Below, piece after piece: positions 43,044-55,959 of a stretch of 64,000 bases of DNA. How positions within the stretch are numbered: position 1 is the first letter of the stretch; each line of letters opens with the position of its first letter. A program made the position numbers and the translations under genes. Where the stretch lies: positions 37,634,001 to 37,698,000 of the forward strand of contig OZ024742.1 of the NCBI GenBank assembly GCA_964016885.1, in the 5' to 3' direction. Under the pieces are notes generated by a model, which saw only the letters and a list, made by a program, of their open reading frames with translations, was not told the origin of the DNA and did not search any database. The stretch is from Eledone cirrhosa (lineage: Eukaryota).

Positions 43044-45198
43044 ATTTCTTAGATCAAGAAGACCAATTTTATATGAATAATTAATACAAATTAATAGTTT
43101 TAATATATAGAAATTGTATATTTGTTGTCATGTAGATTAATGTGGGGCCACAGTCGATCACAAATCCACAATTTTGTATTTGCAATATATATATGGGCCA
43201 CCCTGTATTTACAAACAAGCACACATAGACAGACAGACACATCTGTCGGTGTGTGTCTGTGTGTGCTTGTTTGTAAATACAGGGTGGCCCAAGGGTCACA
43301 CAGGGATTTTAGTTTTTATTAACTTCCTGAATTGTACAGATTGATGTATGATATATATATCATGGGCTTGCTTCCTTACAACATTCTATTTACCAAATTC
43401 ACTCACAATGCATTCGTGTTGGTGAATAATAATTGTTTCTACTTTTGGCACAAGGCCAGCAATTATTCAAGTGCATTACTGGTACTTTATTTTATCAATC
43501 CTGTAAGGATGAAATACAAAGTTAACCCCAGCCAGAGGAAACTGTGTTCCTTGCACGATTTAGTTGTTTTTTAGTTTTAGTATTGTGATATCATGTGGTC
43601 TGAAGTGATTAAAGGTGAAGAATAAAAGATTAATTAGGTATTAAAATATAAATTTGTTTGACATGTGTGAAAATTGTGTGTTATCAATAAAGTGCCGAAA
43701 AAAAAACCGAAAAAAAAACCAACAAAAAACGAAAATAAAGAATCTAGATTCTAAATATTAGTTAGGGTTTGTGACAAATATAAGTTAGTAGTGGTTTTGA
43801 ATAATATCAAACATTCAGATGATTGAATATATGGAGAATCACAAAAAAAAATCCTGCAAAAGCAATATTCACCAAAAGCTGGCAAAATATATTAGAATGA
43901 ATCTGAAAAAATATTTTGACAATAGTTGAGGAAATTGGTTAAACTCCAGTTAGCAGCTGTGAAGTTGTTAGGGTATAGCCGGAATGAAAGTAGAAACAAA
44001 TGAAACACCACCCCACTAAGTGACAAAATTTACAGTTGAGATCATAGGCCTGAGGTTCATATATGTCCTAATGACAGAACCTTCCTCTCATGTATAAAAT
44101 CCACTAACCTTTTTTTTTAGTTGAACATGCTTTTCATTTTATGATCTGGAACAAAGTAAGTAAAAAGATGTGCTTGAAGCCTTTCTAATGGCTCTATAAA
44201 CAATGTTGACCTTATTCCTTCAAACATAACACAACAGGTACTGTTGGCTTAGATACAGAACATTGAGATATCATAATAATAATAGTAATGATGGTGATGA
44301 AAATGATTGATGATAATAATGGTGATGATGAAGATTTCTAATTTAGACACAAGTCCAGCAATGTATGATGGCTATGCTATTTTATTGACCTCAGAAAAAT
44401 GAAAAACAAAGTTGACCGTGGCAGGATTTTAACTCAAAATGTGAAAAGCCATAACTCTTCAGAATTCTGCATACAATGATGATGATAATAATTTCTAATT
44501 TAAGCACAAGGCCATCAATTTGGGGAAAAGGAGAAAGTTGGTTATACTGATCCCAGTATTTTGCTGATACTTTATTTTGTCAATCCCAGAAGGATGACAG
44601 CCAAATTTGACTAAGGTGGGATTTAAACTCAGAATCTAAAGAACCAGAACAAACACGGCAAGGCATTTTATTTGGTGCTCTAATGATACTGACAATCCAA
44701 AGCGACCGCCCCCCTTGAGATATAATGACAATATGATATTGAACTAAAAAATAAAAGATAAAAAAAAATGAATATTGCAAACTTTTATTCTTTTACAAAA
44801 GCTCAAGTTTATTGGTTAGAGTTCTAGAAGGGGTAACTATCTGGTCCTTGTTTCAAATCAGTTTACTTAAAAAAAGACACCCTATGTTGATTGAGTTTCA
44901 GATAGTAACAAAATGTGATCAATAAAACCGAAATGAGACGAACATTTCTAAATACTAATTAAGGTGCTATATGGAATAGAATGGATCTCTGTTAATTTTG
45001 ACAGTGAGTATTTCAGTTGTTCAATCAATGTTACAGTCTGCTCATGAAAGTAATATCTACTGTATATAGTTGTATATAAATAAGCTGAGAAATATGTGAC
45101 AAAAAAAATCAATGGCAAAATGGGTGGTGGGTGGCTTATATTTGAGGTCAATATTTCGAAGCAACCATCTTCAATTACTCCAGCTGGATCTGCAAGTG

Positions 45199-45573
45199 TT
45201 TTGAAGACCATATTCATTCAAAGGCAATAGGAAAAACGAATTTCACAATGAAAGTGGAAACAATGTAATATTCACTTCCAAAGTGAAACCGGTGTAATAT
45301 TCATTTCCAAAGTGAAACCGGTGTAATATTCACATCGAAAGTGAAACCACTGTAATATTCATCTCCAAAGCGAAAATACTTTAGCACTTCATTTACATAG
45401 AAGTTGGTGAAAATTAGCCACTTGGAAATTTGGGCTGATTTTCACCAACTTCAAAATTCTACATAAATAAGGTGCTAAAATATTTTTGCTTTGGAAGTGA
45501 GTTTTCACTTTTTACGTAAAATTCATATTTTCTATTGTTTTTGATAGGTTTTGAATGAATATGGCCTTCAAAA
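45199..45573. repeat. Foldback (MITE-like) element with four 29-bp tandem units in the left arm
   Basis: Outer arms 45199-45222/45550-45573. Inner hairpin 45400-45419/45433-45452. Unit aaagtgaaaccggtgtaatattcatttcc. Confidence 0.7.
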
Positions 45574-46210
45574 TGGTTGGAAATTTGTAAAAAATCTATA
45601 GAATGGAGTTGTGAAATAAAAACTATACTCTAAACGACTCTTAAAACATTTTAATATCAAAATATTAAAACTTCATAAATATATTCTCTAATCAAAACTG
45701 AATCATTTAAACATAATGTGTTGATTATGTGCTTTAGCTTATAAACGGGGTTTGAAATTTTGCCCATTTCTCAGGTATAAAATAGAGGGTCAGCTTATAT
45801 TCAAGTATATATGATAAGTGGCTAACAGTCCATGTACCCTTAATGATGATGATGATTCAACATGACATAGTGTGTGACAAGGCTGGCTCTTTGAATTACA
45901 GGCACAGTTCATTCAATGGGTTTCCAAACAGTATTCGTTTATTCACTTTCACTCACAAAATTTGAGTTGCCTAAAACACTGTACAATGGGATCAAACTCA
46001 GGACCTTATGATGCTGAGACAAACTTATTAACGACTCAGCCAAGCTGCATTCATGAGATAATATATGTGTGTGTCTGTATATATACACAGACACACATAT
46101 ATATAGTAATAATAAATACAAAGACCAAAATCCAGAGAGGAATTTCAGATGATCCCATGTAGGCTGGAAGCAGAAATTCTTTGCTTAAACTTTTAATCTG
46201 TACTTATATA

Positions 46211-48385
46211 TACTAGCTGACGTACCCAGCTTCGCCCGGGTAAACAGATAAGAGAAGACAGGTAAAAGAGAAAATGTCTGTATTGGATGTTTGTCTGGTT
46301 ACAGTATGAGGCGAGTCCGTGGTGTCTATGTGATACAAAAAACAGTAAAAAAAATCTTCCAGATATACCAGATTCTTCGTTGTACCGTTTGTGCATAGTA
46401 TATGAACAATTCTAGGTGCTCCCACCTAGAATAGTGACCTCTAGATGGTTCATCTTCGGCCTGACTGTAAAACGTGTATCATTGCATAGACGTGGTTGTT
46501 CTACGTTTCTCAAAGGCTGATGGAAGTTCCAATCTTTTATATATAGATATCTTAGTCTTAGAATCTTCCATGCCGTTCGGCGCATCGAGCGGTAAGCGCT
46601 CGCCAACGGTCACGATCAGCGGCAACTTTTTCGAGACCGTGCCAGGTGATGTTGGCTGCCATCAGGTCCTTCCGGAACGTTCGTCACCAGGTGATCCTTG
46701 GGCAACCCCGCCTCCATTTACCGCCAGGCGGAGTCCAGTTCATCGCTGTTTTCGAATGCCATTCATTTGGCAGACGCAGAATATGGCCAGCCAGATGGCA
46801 CCAACGCTCTGTCACCACTCTCTGTAGTGTCCACGACTCGGCTCTCCGCAGGTTCTCTACGTTTCGCACTCGGTCGCGCCAGGACACACGAAAGATCTTT
46901 CGCAGGCACCGCTGGTGGAAATCGTTAAGCTGTCTCTCTATTTTTGCCGTACTCTTCCAGGTCTCGCTCGCATAAAGCACTGTCGGCAGCACAAGGCTCT
47001 TGTACAGGCGGAGTTTGGTCTTGGTGCTAATGTATGAAGACGACCAGACTGGGCACAGCCGCTGGAAAACTGCGGCTCCTTTGCCGATCCGGCAGTTGAT
47101 GTCAAGCTCCACATCGCCGCTGCTTGTCAGGATGCTGCCCAGATAGGTGAAGTGATCGACCTCCTCGAGGTCCTGTTGGTTGACTCTGATCACTGAACCT
47201 GTGTTGCTGGCCGTTCTCATGACCTTGGTCTTTTTGGTGTTGATTCTCAGGCCAATCTTTTCTGCACACTCTTGTAGGGATGTTGTTAGGGCCTGCAGAT
47301 CTGCACTGTTTTAGCGATCAAAGTGTTGTCGTCGGCGAATGCCAGGTCCCTCAGCCTCGACTGCCTTCATATGTAGATATAGATAGCCAGCTCCTCTTCA
47401 TTCATGGCGAAGACGTGCCGCCATGAATGAAGAGGAGTTGGCTGAACAATGCCAATGAAACACTGGAGCCAAGCAGCGATGGCGTGCTGCGATGGTTGAA
47501 GACGAACTGGCTGAGCATCATCTTTTATATTAATTATATGTAGATATAGATATAGATAATTAATATAAAAGATGATGCTCAGCCAGTTCGTCTTCAACCG
47601 TTGCAGCACGCCATCGCTGCTTGGCTCCAGTGTTTCGTTGGCGTTGTTCAGCCAGCTCCTCTTCATTCATGGCGGCACATCTTCGCCTCTGAAGTTTGGC
47701 GTTCCGATGGCACTGTTCGGCCCGTTTTTCTTCATTCCTGGCTGCACGCCATCGCCGCTGTAGTTCAGTTTGATAAAGTCGAATTGCTTTTATTATCAGT
47801 ATTCATTTCGAGCCATTATCAAAAAATGACACAATAATAAATATAAAAGATGTCCGTCAATGTAAAAAAGGTCCCTATTTACTCCTTTCACAACTCTGTG
47901 TATGTTAGACTAACAGACAGGCACACAGACAGATAAACTGTGTGGCGATTGTGGAACACCGCATGTACACACACATACATAGATGGAAACGTGCACACAC
48001 ACACAAACTTACACACACACTCGTGCACTTACACACACACACTCACACGTTGATAGTTTTTACTTTCTGTGGAACGCTGCACACACACAAACATACGCGC
48101 ACGTACATACACACGCACACATGTTAATAGTTATTGCTATCCTTCCCCTCTTATTTCCACACACACACGTCTCTACACTGACACATATACATAGCGTATC
48201 CAACACAGCGTTCACTTTGCTTCTCTGTTTCTTACTCTCCCCTCTGACTCCCTCATTGGCATTATGCATATTACTTTAAGTTTGGCGTTGTTGAGGTGGG
48301 CAGAGTCATTTGAAACCTATGAACCAATGCTAATCGAGAATTATGACACACAGAATACTGACATTGTTGAAATTAATATATAGAT
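46211..48385. mobile_element. Composite of Helitron/Helentron-like non-autonomous pieces with an embedded LINE fragment
   Basis: Start tactagctgacgtacccagcttcgcccggg. Ends ...tatatagat at 46548 and 48385. (CAGA)-rich tract and 23-aa repeat-coding segment. Confidence 0.45.
46550..47367 (-). mobile_element. GC-rich RTE-type LINE RT C-terminal fragment
   Basis: LAFADD, HFTYLGS, VLYASETW, LAGHILR, GCPRITW. Confidence 0.85.
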
Positions 48386-48752
48386 ATATAAGTACAGATT
48401 AAAAGTTTATATATATATATATAATGACTGCAGCCTAATGAATGAAAAAGCATATAAAAATATAAGAATGAAATAAATTTTAAAGTAATATTCTAATTTT
48501 GTAGAGTATTGTTGAATGGAGTTGAGTTGTCAGCATGCTCGGGTGCCATCAATCTTATTTTGAAATAAAACATCTAATAATGCATTTAGTAAAAAAAGAA
48601 CATGTAACACAACTGGTATTTACCTTCTCCTCTACAGTCAATTTACAAGTGAGATAACAACAAATAGTAAAGCAACTGACTCTCTATTTGCTTGCACTAA
48701 GTCAACATTGCTGTTTGTCATGCTAAATGTTACATTGACAAGATATACATAC

Positions 48753-48812
48753 CGTTAATGAACTGATTTCTTTAGACACTGCACCAATCTCTTTGGCAGC
48801 AATTTCATCTCG
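48753..48812 (-). CDS. PPFIBP: Liprin-beta penultimate coding exon
   Basis: ctcttttattaaaag|CGA...ACG|gtatgt. RDEIAAKEIGAVSKEISSLT resembles the IGAFSEGINNLT segment I recall from vertebrate liprin-beta1. Confidence 0.82.
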
Positions 48813-48889
48813 CTTTTAATAAAGAGATAAATGAATTTATTTCATTAAACAATTGAAGAAGGTGTAAAATCTAAATAACTGAATATTAA

Positions 48890-48921
<32 letters not shown>

Positions 48922-49414
48922 CTAAATTTAGCTTTGATTGATACATACAAAATATATATCGATTGTGTTTCTCAATAAAAAAGCTCCATGAACATTAGTT
49001 CAGAGAATCAATTGTACAAGTTTTACATTACTCTATATATACTATTGTATTTTCTCAGTAAAAGCTTTATCTTATATAATTATCTCACATAATATCGAAT
49101 CTATGAGATTTTGATGTCATTTATTTTGAGAACAATACCTTAGTGGCCGGTTAAGACCGGTTTGAACAGAAACAAGTGAATGAATTCTGGCCGGATTAGA
49201 TGTTAAAGGGTTAAATGATATATATTGATATTGTCAATTGACAAACTGGTAGTATTTTGTACATTTCAATTGTTCTATATATATGTGTACAAAATACTAG
49301 CCGTTTTTCAATTCACAATATCAATATATATTCTTTTATATATTGTTTAAACTTGTTGTATGTATTTATATATTTATATGTGTGTGTATATATATATACA
49401 CACACCCTAACCCT

Positions 49415-49912
49415 AACCCGTCTAACCCATGCTAGCATGGAAGAATGGACAACGGTGATGATGATGACAAGTTTAGCGAGCTGCTTCCTCTGTTGATAAA
49501 GAAGGGTTTCTCCATATGAACGAAAGGCTGGTTATATGATGCCTGTGTGAGATGCGGTAGTGAGACATGGGCAGCAGCTGTGGAAGATATGCGATGGCTG
49601 GAGAGAAATGAAGCAAGCATGCTCCGTTGGATGTGCAATGTCAATGTGCATAAGAGGGATAGGCTGTAGTGTGTGGGAGAGAAGACTGCGTTAGTATGGA
49701 CATGTGTGCGCAAGGAGGATGACCGCTGGGTAAAGAAGTGCCAAGAAATCCCAGTAGGAAGACCATGAAAAACAGGTGGTGAGAGCAGACCCCAGATCGC
49801 TGAAGCTCTCGGAGGAGATGACAAAGGACCATGACGAATGGAGAGATGCCGTGCTTAATAAGACTCATCCCACCCTTGCAAGCAGGGAAAAGAGGATGTA
49901 TGATGATGATGA

Positions 49913-49916
<4 letters not shown>
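49415..49916 (+). mobile_element. Degenerate RTE 3' fragment
   Basis: Homologous to 6990-7537. Confidence 0.8.
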
Positions 49917-49959
<43 letters not shown>

Positions 49960-50706
49960 GTGTGTGAAGGCGCGTGGTTGAATGGTTAGAGAATTGGATT
50001 CGCAATCATGAGGTTGTGAGTTCAATTCCTGGCCGGGCGATATGTTATGTCCTTGGAGTTGCAACCGATAGATAGTATTAGCAATTGGAAAGACCAATGG
50101 AAACATTTCCTAAGTCCGATTTGCCGAAAGTCGGTTGGCTGTCGATATATATCCAACGCTAATGTGCTTGGCTTTAGGAAGGGCATCCAGCCAAAGAAAC
50201 CAAGCCAAAATACAGATCAGCATGAGCAAAATGTGATCACCTGATCTGACTTGTTTCATAACATGACAACTCATCTAACCCATGCAAGCATAGAAAAGTT
50301 AAATGAAGATGATGATGAAGATATACAGTTCAAAATTAAAAAAAAGAAAACGAATGTGTCAATATCGAACATAAGTCCTTCATCAGGAAAGAGAGGAAAC
50401 TGAGAAGTGTGTGTGTGTGTGTGTGCATAAGTGGTGGTAGACAGTCCAGGTATATTCTTGGAGCTGTGTGTGTACAGATGAGGTGCATCATGTGTGTGTT
50501 GGTTTTATTTTTTGTTTGTGTGTATTGGAATGGAGTATATTTTGTTTGTGATGGCATGTGTATGTTTTTATGTATGTGCGCTTGTGACTAAGTGTGTTTG
50601 TATGTTTGTTTATATGTGTGGATATATGCATGCATACCAGTCCATGTGTGTACTCGAGTGCATGTATGCACCATTTGAGAGAAGAAATTTCTGTAGTTGA
50701 TTAGTA

Positions 50707-51050
50707 TGGAGGCACATGGCTTAGTGGTTAGAGCATTGGCCTTGCAATCGAAAGGTTGTGAGTTCAATTCTCAGACTGGGTGATGTGTTGCTTCCTTGAG
50801 CAAGACACTTTATTTCACATTGCTCCAGTTTACGCAGCTGTAGAAATGAGATGATAGGAACTGGAGTCCATATCATTCCACTGTAAAGTGGTTGTGGAGG
50901 TGCCACGGCAAAAAAGCACCCAGCACTCACTGTAAATGAGGTTGGTGTTAGGAAGGGCATCCAGCTGTAGAAATCAAGCCAGAATCAGTTCCTGTCCCAC
51001 CCTTGCAAGCAGGGAAAAAGCGGGCGTAAATTGAAATGATGAAATGATGA
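50707..51050 (+). mobile_element. tRNA-derived SINE with RTE tail
   Basis: Same family as 12357-12694. Confidence 0.85.
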
Positions 51051-51803
51051 TACAGGACATACAGAGCATATGGATGATGATCGTTGGGTGAAGAAGTGTC
51101 AGGAGTTTCAAATAGAAGGCAGTTGTGGAAGAAGAAGACATGGGCAGAGGCGGTGCAAGCTGATCTCAAGAAAGGAAATCATAAAGGTAAAAAAAAAAAA
51201 AAGTAAAGAGAGGTAAAGAGAGGCTGTACTAGAAAGGACTTGTCTAACCTGTGCAAGCATGGATAAAAAGGTGGTTTAAGATGTTTGTGTATGTAGCAGC
51301 AACTGGCCCACATATATATATATAAGCAATGCATATACTCCAATGCAGGTCTTACTTGAGTCTTGTAGGAGAACAGCAATTAGTCATGGTTGAAATATTT
51401 TCTTTGTGATGCCATTTTTGCTAAGTTAGAAATCATTAGAGATTGTGAGGATTGCATGGAAGATAAATAAATGTCACCATTTGGCCAAAATTGATAAGTA
51501 TGTAGCTAGCTTGTATTTATTATTTATATTTAAATCCAATCAATAATGATCTACAGACTGATATAATCATTATCAGTAAAATATTTTATGTTCTTCCATT
51601 AAGCAATATTTGGCATATTAAATTTGTGTATTAATTTTGATCAGCTTTCTACAAGTTACTGATCTGCTCATGCAAAAATATTCCTATATGACATTGATAG
51701 TTACAAATTATGTATTTATGTTGAATATACGAAAATAATGTTGGAAATATTAGAAGCAATGCTTCAAAAATAACAATCAAGATTAATTAAATAAAATACA
51801 AAC

Positions 51804-51965
51804 CTCTTTTATACTTCCATTATTGTGTTGGCAAGACATCATTTTGTTAAATAAACGGTCAGTACCATTCACTGAAGATGTATTTTTAATTGGACAAATA
51901 AAGCTCTCTGTCTGACTTTCAGACTTGCTTCGCTTATGCCCAAACAGCAGAAAATTATTTCGTCG
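51804..51965 (-). CDS. PPFIBP: Liprin-beta exon (post-SAM region)
   Basis: ctttccag|CGA...GAG|gtttgt. 54 open codons, RRNNFLLFGHKRSKSESQTESFICPIKN...GSIKE, phase 0/0, with a liprin-beta-like ICP motif. Confidence 0.82.
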
Positions 51966-52400
51966 CTGGAAAGTAAGGAGATAGAAACAAGAATAATTTT
52001 TAATAACATAATCAACTACAACTTCCTACTTTTAAAAATCGATAATAAAACAAGAATTTAAAGGTTATTTTCTCTGCTAAAGCAGGGGTTATCCTCCATC
52101 ATCTTCAGCTATATCTTTCTTTGCCTTCCACATTTATTTCCATCATTCCTCTCATCCAGTAACTTCCATCCTTCTTCAACACACATGACCCAGCCATCTC
52201 ATTTCATTTATTTTCACAACATTCATCACTGGTTCTGTTCCCATCATCCTCTACAATTGTTTGCTTTCTTCATTAAACATTTAACAATATAATTTCAGAG
52301 TGAAGTTAACTACTCAGAACAATGTGTGAAAGAAAAGCTATAAAATCCCACTAATTCACAGAATATTTCTCTTGAAAGCCATAAAATTTGATTTACTCAC

Positions 52401-52589
52401 TTTTACTTTAGAATTAGGAAAGAGGGGTTGGTAATCAGCAGAAGTTTCAAATTCCCTCTTCTTGTGTTGTGTTTCACTGCCAATAAGTGAGACAAAATGT
52501 GTGCTAAGATGTCGTCTAAGAAGTGATTTATTGCCAGGAATGGACAACACCTGAGAGAAGAGCTCAGCATTGAAACGGGGCTCCAATAC
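52401..52589 (-). CDS. PPFIBP: Liprin-beta exon (SAM3 C-terminal part)
   Basis: atttag|GTA...AAA|gtgagt. VLEPRFNAELFSQVLSIPGNKSLLRRHLSTHFVSLIGSETQHKKREFETSADYQPLFPNSKVK. Confidence 0.93.
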
Positions 52590-53577
52590 CTAAATAAAAG
52601 ACAGACAGGGGAAAGAATAATGTAATGCTTAGATATACTATGTATGATGGAACAGTTCTGTGAGCAAGACACGGTCACCTGACCCAACTTGCCTCAAATG
52701 GGACAACCTGTCTAACCCATGCTACCGTGGAAAGTGGACGTTAAACGATGATGATGATGATAGAAAGGTGGGATTGTCCCAACTGGAATGTCTTTGTTGA
52801 TAAATCTGCCCAATAAGGACTGACCTGGGATTAAACAACTTCAGAGATGAAAATAAACAATTCCTTGTAAGTACAGTAGCTTAACCTATCTGATACCAAA
52901 ACTGTCTGTTTTAAAGTGTTTATATTTGTCTAAAAACCTTCCATCATCATTTTATGCAAAGACCTTTGTTAAGTTATGTTTCAGAAAATTATACAGTATT
53001 AATTTACTCTCAAAGTAAGATTATAACACCATTTATAAAATACCAGTAATTAGCCAGTGTTGCTTTATTGTGTGGCTTCATAAATAATTAATCATTTTGA
53101 TATAAAACTGCTTGAAAGCAGCCCGAATTAAACATTTTTTTTATAGAAAACTTTATTTTAATGTATTTCAATTTATCTAAAACATCTCGATAATAATTTA
53201 GTAAAACCTTTGTTAACCCTTTAGCATTTACATTACTCTATATTTACTATTGTATTTTCGCAGTAAAGGCTTTATCTCATCATATCGAATCTATGAGATT
53301 TTTACATTATTTATTTTGAGAACATTATCATCATCATTTAACATCCACCTTCCACGCTAGCATGGGTTAGACGTTTTTTTTTCCATTTGATGCGGGAATG
53401 GTCGGGAGACTGTGTCTCGCTCGTATGGAAGTGTCTCTGGCAGGTTTTTTCCGTACGAACAAGACCTTAAAATCAGTACCAGAGGCCAGTTATGGCCAGT
53501 TTGAACAGAAAGAGGTGGGAGAATTTTGGCCGGATACAGCTGGTTTAAATGCTAAAGAGTTAAGCCAGGTACCAAAT

Positions 53578-53943
53578 ACTGACTCGGGCCATCATTTGTC
53601 CTACCTCATACCAGCATAGAAAACAAACATAAAATGATAATGTGGTGTCTAATAATGAGAAAGTTATATATATTGCTAAATCTCTCCAAATTTTTGATTA
53701 TTTTCAAAATGATTTGAAATAGTGTCTTTTATCAGAAATATAGTAATGAAAGGGTCAAACAATTTATGCTAGAGATTAGAAAAATATTTTAGTCTCATTC
53801 CACCTTTGAAAACTGAACTCTTTTTGAATCTGAGCTTCTTTACAAAAATCTTAATGCGACCGTATACTTTAGACACCACATTATCATTTTATGTTTGTTT
53901 TCTATGCTGGTATGAGGTAGGACAAATGATGGCCCGAGTCAGT
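53578..53943. repeat. Perfect 75-bp inverted repeat with a 216-bp spacer (intronic)
   Basis: 53578-53652 is the reverse complement of 53869-53943. Confidence 0.92.
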
Positions 53944-55118
53944 TCTTATTCAGAGTTATAACCCTCATAGACAATTTGGAAGAGATCATGTCATTCTCAT
54001 ATGTTACAAATCTTAGCATGGTTTCTACATCAGGATCCCATTTCTAACACCAACCACTTTACAGAATGTATTGAATACATTTAATAATGGCACCAGCACT
54101 AGAAATGTTGTCATATCCTCAACAAGACTAAAGAATCCTCTCTACTTTAAGTTGCCACCATTCAATTGAACAATATTTTTTATTAATATTCCCTTAAAGA
54201 AAAACTGCAGCTGTAGAATAGCCTGCTGCAGTTTGATTAATTAAAAAGAAAAGAAAGAAAAAAAGCCTATTGTCAGATCAGACTTAAGAAACTATCTTTC
54301 CATTAGTCTTACCATTGCCAACATTCTCTGCCAAGCTGTAGTTTACTATTTCAAGTTTGTTAGCAATCACCTTTAGCCCCTTTGATGTCAAATTGCCTGA
54401 AACTACCCCTGGTTTTATGATACACTGCTCTTTGTTCTAAAAACCTTCCATTTTATGTAAGAACCTTTAACCCTTTTGTGACTATATATCTAATGAAATA
54501 TACAGTATTTCAATTAATTAATGAACAATTTAGAAGGATTTACTAAAATTATTTCTTGTCTCATTATCTAGATGTTATTTGTAACATAACAAATGGTACT
54601 TACATAAAATTATGTTGGAAAGTTTAAATTAAATTAAGAACCCCTTTAAAATGGGCTGTTTTGTTTCATAAAACGAGAGGAAGTTTTGGGCATATTGGTA
54701 TGAAACTGGTTAATAAGAAAGTTAGTTATATTACTAAATTTCTGTAAATTGTTGATTATATTAAAAATTATTCGAAAATCAGAGTGTCTTTCATTCGAAA
54801 TATGGTAGCAAGAGAGTTAAGTAAATGTACAATTTGTCCAAAGAGTTTTCATTTTAACTCTCTCCTTAGCTTATTTTTAATTAAATACATTGTATTTCAT
54901 TTAATTAAAAATTTGGAAAAATTAAAAAAAATTATTAACTATTTTATTATTTATATGGTTCTTATATCAAATTATGTTTGAAGATATTAATTTGGATAGG
55001 AACCCTTTAAAATGGGTGATTTTTTCTCATAGAAACAGAGGTACTTTTGGGTGGGTTAGTATCAAAAGAGTTAATAATAAAACCGACATATTTGAAATTG
55101 TATAAAAACATCACTTAC

Positions 55119-55238
55119 TATAAGTGCTCCATGTACTCCACTTCCTCGTAGGTTAGGAGCATATTCAGAAAGGTCAATAGTACGTAGCCATTCCATTACT
55201 CTGTGATTTGACCACAGGATAACTTCACCTGGGATGTT
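55119..55238 (-). CDS. PPFIBP: Liprin-beta exon (SAM3)
   Basis: ttgcag|AAC...ATA|gtaagt. NIPGEVILWSNHRVMEWLRTIDLSEYAPNLRGSGVHGALI. An in-frame AAG acceptor 12 nt upstream would start the exon at 55250. Confidence 0.92.
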
Positions 55239-55959
55239 CTGCAAATTAGTCTTAATAAACAAATAAAGAATTTAATTAGCTAGCTGAAATATAGTTTTAT
55301 GAAATGTAACTGAAAAAAGTCGATAAAAAACAATACCAATGATCAAACATTAATTAACTCTTATCACCATGTAATAATTTAACAGAAAATATCTAAAGAA
55401 AAAACAGGTTTGTTAATTCAAATGTTTATAGTATCTTTATTGCTAGACAGATTGCTGTAACAAATTTGCAGTTTAGAGTAAAGACTAATTTTCATTGTGA
55501 TGCTAATGTTGTGCTGTTTTGTATTTTTCAAAAATGTCTTGTGAAAATGGTTTTGTGTGGTACAGGATGTCAAGTGTTAATATTGATGGCTTTAGCCAAC
55601 TGATAAAAGATATTTAAAATTTAAAAACATGTTTAAAATTTTATTTATGGATGAAAAAAAGAAAGAAAAATAGCAAAAAAGTAAAGAGAATAGGGAGGGG
55701 ACAAATTCAACATCTTTGGTATATCTCAGCTACACTTAGTGGACAAGCTGGCAAAAGCATTGCCATGGAAAGCAACCAGCAATATCTGCTGCATCAGCCA
55801 TTCCACCTTGCAGGGCTCATTCTTCAGGCATGATGCCCTCATCATGGTTTGCTGGGGATGAAGCATAATGGAGGTTTCAATGATGGCAAGCAGAAAAACT
55901 CATCAACAACCATTTAGTGTTGAAGGGTCATGACAGTAAATTTTCAAATGAAATAAAAA

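Noticed and set aside
49403-49419. (CCCTAA) telomere-like repeat
   Set aside because: Only about 2.5 units, adjoining an RTE tail that itself contains ctaaccc.
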